Of a stretch of DNA of 64,000 nucleotides, positions 50,684-64,000 are shown piece after piece. The stretch is taken from NCBI RefSeq assembly GCF_000143415.4, contig NW_003314274.1, positions 1,750,851 through 1,814,850 of the forward strand, given 5' to 3'. This DNA is from Selaginella moellendorffii (lineage: Eukaryota; Plantae; Lycopodiophyta). Below the pieces are notes generated by a model. That model was not told where the DNA came from. It did not search any database and saw nothing but the letters and a program-made list of their open reading frames with translations. Position 1 is the stretch's first letter. The number at the start of each line of letters is the position of its first letter. The position numbers were made by a program, and so were the translations under genes.

Positions 50684-52271
50684 ATGGCCACCGATTCTTC
50701 CAGCTCCAGCTCGGGTTCTTCCGTCGTGGTAGTGGTTCCATTGCCGGCTCAGGGACACACTCCAGCGCTTGTTCACCTCTCCAGGAAACTAGCCGCAGAA
50801 GGATTCTCCATCGTGATCGTCAGCGTCGAGAGCGTCCACAGGAAGATCGCTGCGAGATGGAAATGCTCGCCGCAGCTCGACATCCGGCTCGAGTCCATTC
50901 CGTTCACATCGTCCATTCCGACCAGGCTCGACGCTCAAGCTTTGAGCCAACGACAAGAGCTGCAGAAGGCTTTGTTTGAGCTCCGAGTTCCCTTGGAAGA
51001 GCTGCTGGTGTCCAGACTTATAGGCGAGCAGGGGCTGGAGATCAAATGTATCATCTCCGACTTTCATGCGGTCTGGACGACTCCGGTGGCACAAAAGCTG
51101 GGAGTTCCTCAGGTGTGCTTCTGGTCTGGATCTGCAGCTTGGGCTTTGATCGATCGTCACGTACCACTGCTTGTCGACTTAGAATACATTCCAGTACCAG
51201 GTATGAGTTTTTCTTTTCTTACTCGCAGTAACCAATCTTTCGTAGAAGCAAGTTCATCGCCTTGTGTGGACGACGATTCTACTACGCAAGGTAAGAAACT
51301 AGAAACTTTTCTAGCTAGCGTTTTCTTACCAGATTTCTTTCAAAGGTTGCAGCTTGAGAGGTGAAAAGATGATTTCTTTTATTCCGGGGATGGATCCCTT
51401 TCCAGCCTTGGATCTTCCATACTACCTCCACGAATTCTCCAAAGTGCCAGTGTGGAGCCTGGTTGCAAAGTCTCAACGTTTGAACACCGACAAGTGGTTC
51501 ATCGCCAACACTTTCGAGTCACTGGAGCCGAGAGAAACACAGGCCATGAAGCAGCTACTGGGAGAGCAAAACTTCCTGGCGATCGGGCCTCTCTTGCCGC
51601 TGGATCACGAGGGGCTGGAACAGGTGGTGAGCCTGGAGGAGGAGGAGCTGGGCTGCCTCGAGTGGCTAGACTCCCGGCCGGAAGGATCGGTCCTCTACAT
51701 CTCTTTTGGAAGCCTGGCGGTCCTCACGCAAGAGCAGTTCATGGAGCTGGCACTGGGAGTAGAGAGCAGCGGCATTTCATTCCTCTGGGTGATCCGACCA
51801 GCGTTCTTACCGCAGGGAGATCTTCCGACCATGGAGTTTTTCCAGGGATTTAGAGACAGGATGGTGGCGGAGAAGAGGTCGATCATCGTCCCGTGGACAC
51901 CACAGAAGAGGGTGCTCTCGCACGCGTCCATAGGAGCGTTCTTGACGCACTGCGGCTGGAACTCGATCGTGGAGAGCGTGTGGAGTGGAGTGCCGATGCT
52001 CGGGTGGCCGTGCCACTCGGATCAAAACTTGAATTTGCGGCTGCCAGTGGAAAGTAAAGGGATTGGAGCTCGCGTTGCTTGTAGCTCCAGGAGGACGGAG
52101 GTGGTGCACAGGGAGAGAGTGAGGGCGGTGGTGAGGAAGGCGATAGAGGATGGAGGAGAGGTGAGAGGGGCTGTCCGTGAACTCCGGGATCTCGCGGTAG
52201 CGGCAGTGGTAGAGGGTGGAAGCTCGAATAGAGACATGGCCACCTTTCTCGAGAGATTGAGATCATTGTGA
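50684..52271 (+). CDS. Family-1 UDP-glycosyltransferase, 2 exons
   Basis: PLPAQGH, CIISD, NTFESLE, SVLYISFGS; PSPG box WTPQKRVLSHASIGAFLTHCGWNSIVESVWSGVPMLGWPCHSDQ; GGSS. Confidence 0.95.
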
Positions 52272-52652
52272 TAGTATACAAAGCTCTTCCTTTTTTTCTT
52301 GGATCAAACAAATACAATTTTTCTAGGTTCAAATCATTGTGATAGTTTCATTGTCTCGTAAAATGTATACAGAGGTCCTCCTTTCTGAAACAACTATAAT
52401 CTAGTGGCACGAAAAATCGTGTGCTCCACTATTCATCTTCGTCTTGGTCGTGGCTCGCAACACACTAAACACCAAAAAGCTTCATTCATCCCCCATGTCT
52501 CGTTCGTCAAGTACCAACGAAGTCGAAAATGGTTCTTTTTTGTGCTGGATGCTACAGGACGATGAGGACGATTGGCTGCAAGGAAGATCAAAATCCTCAT
52601 AGCACCAAGGAAGAGAAAGAAAGAGCTTACCTCAAGCGCTTCTATCATCACC

Positions 52653-54106
52653 ATGTCGAGTGTTCTGCCTTGCAGGAAATCTCACGACCACCAAGTCGAG
52701 ATCTCCGACACGGAGTTTGAGGACTGCTGCAGCTCGTTGAATCTGGATCAAAGTTCGCCGCTCCACTGGACACAGATCACAGAAAGTCCTGAGCATTATG
52801 GTGTTATCTCAACACAGGAGATGATCCTTACCAAGAAATTCCGCAAGCAGTTCTACCATGGTGGCGATGATAATCAAGGAGCTTTACGTTCTTTCTCCGC
52901 CATGCCCGTGCCTGTGGAAGGGAACCAATCACTCCCAGCCAAAGAAGACGAAGATGAACAGCGCTTACCTTGTGCCTTTCCACCGTTCTCGTTCAAAGAC
53001 AGCACAACTTTTGCTGGCTTTGTGAGGAGTCTAACTGTTCCAGGTAAGCTTCGTCTCCCGACAAATCATCCAGTGCTAGATCCACTTTGCCTTTCTCGCC
53101 AGACGACGGGATGCATGACCACCAAGACGAAGAACTGGAAGGAGCTGACGATTTATCGCCAACCACGGTACTCGAGGCAGCAGCAAGTTCTTCCTCCGCA
53201 TCCACACCATCTGCGTCTAAAGCTACAGATTTCAACGAACTCGCTCCATTTCCAGCGTCGTTCCCTTCTGCTATGACGTCCATGGATGCTCTCCTCACTG
53301 CCAGCAATGACTTCAGCTTTTCAATGTCGCAAGCAGTCCCTGCCTCACCTCCAGAGAAGACTCTCTACGATCTTCTGGAGCTGAAGTTCGACGGTTTTGG
53401 TTGCGAGCACCAATTGCCCGGTCGGCTCGACGTCCATGACAATCGCGACGAAAAGCTGCAGTCGAGAGGTTTCCAGAGGTTGAGCAATAGCCTGGCCAAG
53501 AGCTTTTCTTATGCGCCTCATTTGTTCCTGCCGCAAAATACCACCCAGCATGTTAGAAGCCAGTCCCTGGCATACACCAGCAAACCTGAGAAGCAGTTCA
53601 ACTTCGGCGGCTTCTTTAGCAGCTCCAACAACGAGATTTCCAGCAGAAGCAGCAGCAAAAATAGTCGCACCAGCAGCGAGTTCAGTATAGAACTGGGAAA
53701 CAGGTCCGGCAGATACCTCGACTTGGACTTCACGAAGGACGCTGAAGAGCAACAGGATCCCCAAGACTCTAACTTTCAATTTGATGCCAGGAGCAACGTG
53801 GAGGAGGTCGTCTGCAACAAGGATGACTCCAAGTTCACGTCTTCACCTGTATCGTCCGCATTCTTGTTTGTTAAGTCTGACACCAGTTGCTCTGACGACT
53901 ATATCAACTTCCAGCCTAAACCATCTCCCACCAGCCACGGAGAGGAGAGTAACGTCGTGCAAAGATTTTTTCGAAGCGGAAGCCAGTGCCGGGAAATCTC
54001 AGATAGCGGAAAGCCGAAGGTAAGTTCTGTTCGCTGTTGCTTGCTGGATCTCTTAAAATTGTGGTTCTCGCAGGGAAGTTGGTTCATCTGCTGCTGGAGA
54101 AGTTGA
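52653..54106 (+). CDS. Ser-rich, probably disordered uncharacterised protein; start uncertain
   Basis: Two long ORFs joined in frame by a GT-AG intron at ~53044-53102; second intron ~54020-54073; ends GSWFICCWRS. Confidence 0.6.
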
Positions 54107-54139
54107 AGAACCTATCACAGGTTTCTGACTATTCCCCCC

Positions 54140-57188
<3,049 letters not shown>

Positions 57189-58560
57189 GAACAGGAGAAA
57201 CGCTCAAATAAACAACGAGGAGACTCCAAAAAGAAGCACGAATTCCATGAGACCATCCGAGGATAAAGACGCCACTGACAGTTAGGGCTAGGACGGGAGC
57301 CCCTGGAAAAATCACACTGGATAGGTCCATACGAGCAATCATTCCTAGTGCGCGACAAGCTGGACGCGATGATTCACCGATCGCGAGAAGAGGATCTCAC
57401 CTTTGGCGCCAAGGCGAGTAAGAACCCTAAATAAACCGCATTTTAGGGTTCTTGGCAAGGGCAATTTGGCACGGCGTCGCCGCTGCTGGATCATCTCCCG
57501 GTGATGATAGGACGATGAGAGGAGAGCTCCCGCGACGCCGATCTCAGCGGTATGTGAGCTGCATTGCCGTGATTCCTTTCCCCTGGTTGAAAAACCGCTG
57601 GAAATTCTAGCTCGCCCTGAAAAGAGCTGTGTTCGTCTTTTCTTTCCAGGGATTGGCTTTGACTGAGAGCAAGTTGCGCTACGATTTCTCCTTCTGGTGT
57701 CGACACTTTTGATTCGCCCGAGAAAGAAGAAAAATGGCACTGCGGTGTGGCGATAGAAACAACACAACACGTATCTCTGGTTCTGTGCTTCATGCAGACC
57801 AACGTACGCTAACTTTGATTTCTTTCTTCTTTTTGGCGAGCGAGGGTGGACGACACTTACACCACACATGTGCCTGCGCTGATTATGATACTCTTTCGCT
57901 GGAGCTGGGCGATTCTTCCTGTTTGATCTTGCTTCTTTTCCTTCTTCCGTTTAGTTCTTTGCCTAACGCTCTTGTTTAGAAGGAGGAAACATCTCTCGAG
58001 CTACACGTACTGGAAGATCAAAGAAAGATCAGGTTTGTTCCTCTGCTTCTTTTTTTTTTTTTTCTTTGGATGTGATTTCATCTTTGTTTTCTTCCAGATT
58101 CTACGTGTTGAGCTGAGGCCGGCTACACCTGGTACTTCCCTTATCTTGCTGGAGGGGGGGATCTCTGTTGTTGTTGTTTTAGATGACGACAAGCAATCAG
58201 GAGAAAGCATAAAGAAGGCGCAAGTAGCCGTTGTTTGAAGCCGATTGCTGTAGCAGTCGCTGTAAGAGGTCTCTTTCCCTCACAGTGGTAAGTGGCTCGC
58301 CAGTGTAAGTTCCTGCAGAGCTTTCCGATTTCCCGTTGTCTGTTTTAGCTTTGCTTGCGAGCGTCTGCTTACGTTTTCTCGCCCGAGATCCCCGTTCGCA
58401 AGGTCCTTTCCTCATTCTATCTCGTGCAAATATCATATATAAAGCAGCGGCTTGCTTGGGTCCACTGCCTCTTACTTCTTCTTGTTCATATCGATTGATC
58501 GATCTTCTTCTGTCATTTCAAGTTCCCCTGGTACCACCAAAGGGAAAGGAGTGGCGAGCA

Positions 58561-59178
58561 ATGCCTGAGGTACATGAATCTTGTCGACTTATATTCACAG
58601 CTCTCCATTCTGATCCTCGGCATTTTATCCACAGCCACAGACAGTCGTTATCAAGGTCCGTATGCACTGCGAAGGATGCCGTAAGAAGGTGAAGAAGGCG
58701 CTCTCCAAAATCCCTGGTAAGTTTCTTCTTTCTTTTTCCCTCCTCCTGGTTTTTCTTCCTCACGGTTTGGAGCCCTTTTGCAGGCATTCAAGAGCTCAAG
58801 GTGGACCTTAAGGAACAGAAGGTGACAATCAAAGGCGACGTGGATATAAAAAAAGTGCTGCTCAAGCTAGCAAGAACCGGGAAAATGAACGAGGTGCTAC
58901 AGCCGGCCAGTGCTCCAGCCGAACCAAACAAGCCAAAAGAATCATCGCTGCCAGCGGCAGCAGCAGCCGCTGGAGAAACTGCGGCACAAACTCCAGCTCC
59001 AGCTCCAGCTCCAGCTCCATCTCCAGCTCGATCGAACTCAGCTCCAACTTCGCTGGCCACTTCCGAGGCCGCGACCAAAGAGGCTATCCTGAGGGACATC
59101 CAGATGAAGCCGTTGGTGTGGATCGACGCTCCAGACTTTCTGAGCGACGAGAACCCGAACGCGTGCTCGGTGATGTGA
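58561..59178 (+). CDS. Heavy-metal-associated isoprenylated plant protein (HIPP), 3 exons
   Basis: MPE|TVVIKVRMHCEGCRKKVKKAL; Pro/Ala linker; FLSDENPNACSVM CaaX end; TATA-like tatataaa at ~58436. Confidence 0.93.
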
Positions 59179-59502
59179 GGTAATAGCTAGCGGACAGGGG
59201 AGTTTTCTTTTTGTTTTGTTTGTATGTTCCTGCTCTTTAAATGACAATCGTGTTTGTGTGATAGTATCATCACAGATCAATATTGGCTTGCCTCACTGGT
59301 TCAAAGCAAAGAAAAACTCGTATTTTCCCTTTTATATCTTACAACTTTTTTATGCTGGGTGGTCATGAAAATCCACAAGTTGAATCCAAATGCAACAAAC
59401 TATTAAATAAAAGATGTGTGTGCCATTGCCAAATATAGGGGGGTGCTCTTGTTCTCTATTTTGGAACCTTACAAAAGATGTGTGTATACCTAATCTTGAA
59501 CG

Positions 59503-59766
59503 TTGACTCTTGCTTTCCAAAAAAGTTTGACCTTTGACCAGATGATCTTACAATGTTCTTGCTGGCCAAAGCCCACAATTTGAGAGGAGCATTTGCCTCA
59601 CCTCATATGACAAACTATTAAAAAAATATATGTACGTTCTTGCAAGATACAAATCCTCTATTCTGGTGTACCTGATGCTAGAATCCAAACGTTTGACTTT
59701 TGGTTGACCCTTCCTTTCTAACAAAATCCATGCCAAAACCAAGGTTTGACCTTTGATCGGTTGACC
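59503..59766 (+). promoter_or_regulatory. Cluster of seven W-box cores (TTGACY)
   Basis: TTGACY at 59503, 59527, 59534, 59693, 59704, 59746, 59761. Confidence 0.55.
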
Positions 59767-61574
59767 CTACTGGAGCTGCTCTGCTGGTGCTGTGCTCTTG
59801 TTCTTGCTGGTGTTAGAAAGCGAGCAGACAAGACATGGCAGGTTGTGTTGTGGGGACGATATGGAGCAAAATTGGCTTGTATTGTTGACATTCAATGGAA
59901 GAAAAAAAAGAGATAGGAGGTCCTACACGTTTTCCTCCCACATATATTTTGGGTCCACATTCCTGAAGAGTCCACTTCTGGACATTCGAGTCCAAGTCCA
60001 GTCCATGCTTGAGTGGATTATCAACAAAAGCAGAAGTAGCAGCAGCTGTGCTTGCGGCAGCAGATTCAGTAGCTCACAGGCAGATTTTTTCTGTTTCCAC
60101 GCAGCAATATATATCATCTCAATCCTCTACGTGTGGATGGGTGTGGCTATGGGGTGTACCTGCATGGGAGATGAGAGAGATAGAGCAGCCTTTAGAAGCC
60201 CAGCAAGGCATTCGTGAGGCAAATGCAAACGCCATTCCGCCTTCACGTGTGCTTGCTTGTTTGTGAGGTTGCGAGGTGATCCCATTTTAAAGCTGCCTGT
60301 CGAGCCGAATCCAGGCACAACCCACCACCTTTCCTTTCATGCACATGTATATAAAAAACTGCGCAGGAATCTGGATCGACGCAACTCAACAAACCAGGCC
60401 GACTTCGAGCCACAAGCTCGGCTTAAACCAGTTATAAAGTGGCAAAATCTTGTCTTCTTTGTTTTTTGTTTGTGCGCATGCTCGGGTTGATGCAAATTGA
60501 GGTATGCAGCTGCTTTTTGGCGCGATAGAAAGCTAACAGTTTTAGTTCTTCTCGCTTCAGAACTGCTTTCCCGTTCCGAAGTTGGCTGCACGCTCGCAAG
60601 AACATTTGAATAAGGAAAGGGAGAATGCGATAATTATTTGAGATAGATGAATCCTGATCCATCCAAATCTAACATGAACACGTGAACACCAACCGAGCCG
60701 GTCCGGCTGGTGGGGCTCGTCTCATCAAAGTGAGATAGATGCCCCTGCAAAAACAAAAACAAAAAAATAGGAAAAAAAGGAGTGCGCCTGAAAACCCTAC
60801 AGGATTGACATGAACTTGAATCAGAATTCATCCCCATCGCTCCCTCCCCCTCTGCTCCTGCTTCTGCACTTTGAAGGTGGTGGTGTCCACTTCTACTTCA
60901 TTCCCCCGTCTGCCGTTGCTGCAGTGGAATTTTTTTTCTTGTTCATCTTTGTTTGCCGTCATCTGGCCTTTTTACAGTGTTAGATTCTTGTAACCCAATT
61001 TTTAGTTGTAATCTTTTTGTTCTTTGAGATGAGGGCCTTTGATGGAATGGTGCAGAGCTATAGCAGCCGCAGCAGCTGCATCTGCATCTTGCACCTGCAC
61101 CTGCACCTGCATGCAGCTCAACCTGTCATGGCCTCGTGAAAGACTATCCCTGGCCTTGTTTTTTGCCAGGAACTCAAGTTAGACGTAGATATCTCACACA
61201 TGTAGATCTGTAAGGCAAACCCTGCCCTCCTTCCTTGACATCAGTCCAGGCTTTGTTTCTAGTGCATTTTGAGGATCTTTCTTGGGTATTTATAATGCAT
61301 GCAAGCTTCGGCTTCTTTGTGTTCCGGAATTATTCCCGGGAGACTTTGTTTATATATATATGTGGTTCAGAGAGCTGGAAGAGCTTCTGTAACTCTGGCT
61401 CGGCTTTGCAGCTGCACTCTCCCCTACAAGAAACAACAAAACTCCAGTTATTATAAACACTTGGCAAGTTGCAGAGGTGAAGTTAGAGAAGGGGTGTAAG
61501 ACCAACGCCGCTATAGCAGAGGCGGGCAGTGGCATGGCATGGCCCTGTTGTTAAGAAGTCATTCACGTAGGGGG

Positions 61575-61576
<2 letters not shown>

Positions 61577-61623
<47 letters not shown>
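61577..61623. repeat. (GA)n microsatellite
   Basis: About 23 GA units after a G run. Confidence 0.97.
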
Positions 61624-61626
<3 letters not shown>

Positions 61627-62329
61627 TTTTTCTTGGTTTCGATATGAAATGTTAAACTTTGTAAAGTCGGTGGCCTACAAAAAAACAAAAAAGAAACAGA
61701 ACAAGAGAAAGAGACTTCTAGCTCTCCTGCCAGATTCTTCCTTGGATAGCTGGGACTTGAAGAACACTAGACAAATAACCTTTAAGCCGGCCCTCACTCT
61801 CTCCCGCTTCATCGCTGATTAGTTACTTAAGCCAGCGTACTTAGCCCAGTAAGTTTATACAAAACGAAGCGACAAAGGACAGACAACTGGATACATTAAG
61901 ATTAGAATAAATTATAGGCGAGAAGCGAAGTACATAGCTGGGAAGGAACAACAAGCAACTGAAAGAACTAACAACAACAAGCACAAATCCAAAGCACAAC
62001 AAGAAAAAAAAAAAGAAAAAAAAGAAAGAAAAAATTCCGAAAGTCGCAGGAGTTCAGCCTCTCTTCTCACTCTTCTTCCTTGTTTGGTTTTAGTGTTGTG
62101 TCCGTGTGTGATGATCCTGTGTGACGATCCTACTCTGCAAAATTGGCCTCAGGGTTTCCGTTTCCTCGGGTCCTGCTGCTGCTGCCCCTGAATCTCTCGC
62201 TTTGTGCCTCTTCGAAAGATCTCAGAACCCGAAAGCCAGACTGGAATGTCAAACTCGGAGACGAAAGCGCAGCCCGTAGCAGAGAACTGAAGAAGAGCCC
62301 GTAAAAACTTGAAAGAAAAACTCTTACTT

Positions 62330-62442
62330 GGTAGCAGTAGTAGTGATAGTAGCGGTAGTGGTAGTAGTAGAGCGGTAAAGTAGTAGTGGTAGTAGTACTG
62401 GTAGTAGTAGTGGTAGTAGTGGTAGCGATAGTAGTAGTAGTC
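62330..62442. repeat. Imperfect (GTA/GTG)n trinucleotide repeat in the CYP78A 3'UTR
   Basis: gtagtagtggtagtagt... Confidence 0.9.
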
Positions 62443-62465
62443 ATAGTTGCCAAAGTTACCACCAC

Positions 62466-64000
62466 TTAGTGAGTAGCAGGAGGCCTCCTCGAAACTGGCC
62501 TGGCTTTCAGAGGATTGACCATCTCGCAAGAGAGCTTGAGCACCTCCGACAGGTCCACGGGGCTGTCCTCGCAAGGCATCCACGAGAACTCCTGGACAAG
62601 CCTGGCGATCCACAGCTTCACGGTCGCGAGTCCCAGTGCCCGGCCGGGGCATACCCGCCGCCCGGCTCCAAACGGCGCCAGCCTCAAGTCGATGCCCCGG
62701 ACGTCGAAGCTCTTGTTCTCCACGAACCGCTCCGGGTCGAAAGCCTCCGGGTTGGGCCAGATGCTGGGGTCGTGCGTGATCGCCCACATGTTGACCATGG
62801 CGCTGGTGCCCGCCGGGACGTGGTAGCCGGAGATCTCCACGTCGTGCGTCGCCAGACGGGCCCAGGAGAGCAGCGGACCCGGCGGGTGGAGGCGGAGAGT
62901 CTCGTTGATCACGGCCTGGAGGTAAGGCATGCGCTCGGTGTCCGAGTCGCGGACCGGCTGGCCGGCCGGGCACACCGAGTCGATCTCCGACTGGAGCTTG
63001 TGCTGCACGTCCGGGTTGAGAACCAGCTCCGCCAGAGCCCACTCTGTGAGGATCGCAGTGGTGTCAGTGCCTCGGAAAATCATCTCCTGCGTACACAAAC
63101 AAAAGAAGCTCCTGTCAGTCAGTGACTTGAATATAACTGCGTTGGGTGGCGATTGATGAAAACAAACAGCACTGGACAACAGCCGCTTAGTCAGTCAAGC
63201 AAAGCAGATTTGCTCACTAAACAATGTGCGTAAAAGACTACAGCCAGCAAGGACCGGCTCAAACACAAAACATGAAGCACACATGGAATGCAAGCTTCAA
63301 CAGTGCAGGCGAAGGCCAGGATGGAGAAAGAGAAGAAAAAAAATCGGGAGAGAGCGAAGAAAAGCCTGAGTTTGATGTAAGGGGAGGACTGGTTGGTCAA
63401 AACAAAGTGGCTCCAAGGACGAAACGACAAACAAGCTTTGTACGCAGAAATTCATCGACCACCGTGCACACGCAGGACGAAGCCGAATCGGTGCTGGCTG
63501 TTGAGAGCAAAGCCAACGCCCAATTTACAAGGCGAGATGGAATGGCTATGGCCCAGCGTGACCATTACGGCCCTTAGCTTCTTTAGAGCAAGCGAGCCAC
63601 AAAGAAACGACCAGCAAACAGCGCCGTATACACACCCGCAAACAAAAGCGAACCGAAAGAAAAAAAAACGTTTAAAAAACACTCTGTGGGATGTCCTGGG
63701 TTGCGGTACATCAATTTGGTTCACCAGCTAAAGAGCGTTGCTCAACCCACAATCAAACAAAGGAAGTGAAACGAGGAAGAACTTTAAAGCCGAGCTCGGG
63801 AACGAGTAAGCACAAACGCATGAAGGAAAGAACGCGAAAGCCATGAAGACAAGCGAGAAAAGATCCAACAAATGCAATGCTAGAAAAAAAACCAGAGAAG
63901 AAGTTACGTACCCAGAGCACCGCGATCATGTCCGACTCCTCGAGCTTGTCCTCGCCTTGGAGCGAGAGCAAGACGTGGACAAAGTCCTCTCCACCTCCGG
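62466..64000 (-). CDS. CYP78A: Cytochrome P450 CYP78A (KLUH family), 5' end outside the window; exons 64000-63912 and 63086-62466
   Basis: DMIAVLW|[57 protein letters not shown]. Confidence 0.95.

Noticed and set aside
60880-60910. cttcattcccc matching the 3' half of miR166
   Set aside because: 5' half does not match and no star arm is present.
62149-63125. Long alternative-frame and antisense ORFs over CYP78A (similar cases over GLR, UGT, cyclin)
   Set aside because: Expected shadows of GC-rich coding sequence and trinucleotide repeats.

Overview
Eukaryotic land-plant genomic DNA, most consistent with a lycophyte such as Selaginella. This is inferred from the ~45-70 nt introns, very short intergenic spacers and a motile-cilium gene alongside vascular-plant gene families. 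Positions 1-13.4 kb, 18.4-21.4 kb and 24.7-28.7 kb are AT-rich, CpG-poor TE debris: a two-LTR degenerate Ty3/Gypsy, a deleted Ty1/Copia, inverted, direct and tandem repeats, and two N-gaps. The gene-rich part contains PUR5, a DUF1995 plastid protein, cyclin-U, two decayed paralogues of an unrecognised family, an S-domain lectin RLK with two in-frame stops, an At5g43822-like gene, HD-ZIP IV (with its paired 3'UTR motifs), DNAAF5/HEATR2, peroxisomal 2,4-dienoyl-CoA reductase, an ectodomain-less pseudokinase, PTST1, CCT2, a frameshifted mpaB/DUF2236-like oxygenase of fungal/bacterial type, a UGT, a Ser-rich orphan, a GLR channel, a HIPP and the 3' part of CYP78A. I cannot demonstrate a single new multi-gene system. 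The best leads are the operon-like gene junctions (notably TGA-C-ATG between PUR5 and DUF1995), the candidate horizontally acquired oxygenase beside a UGT, the pseudokinase, a 7x W-box cluster in a gene-free interval, and a duplicated splice acceptor in PTST1. All exon boundaries were read by eye and family calls are from motif recognition, not database searches.
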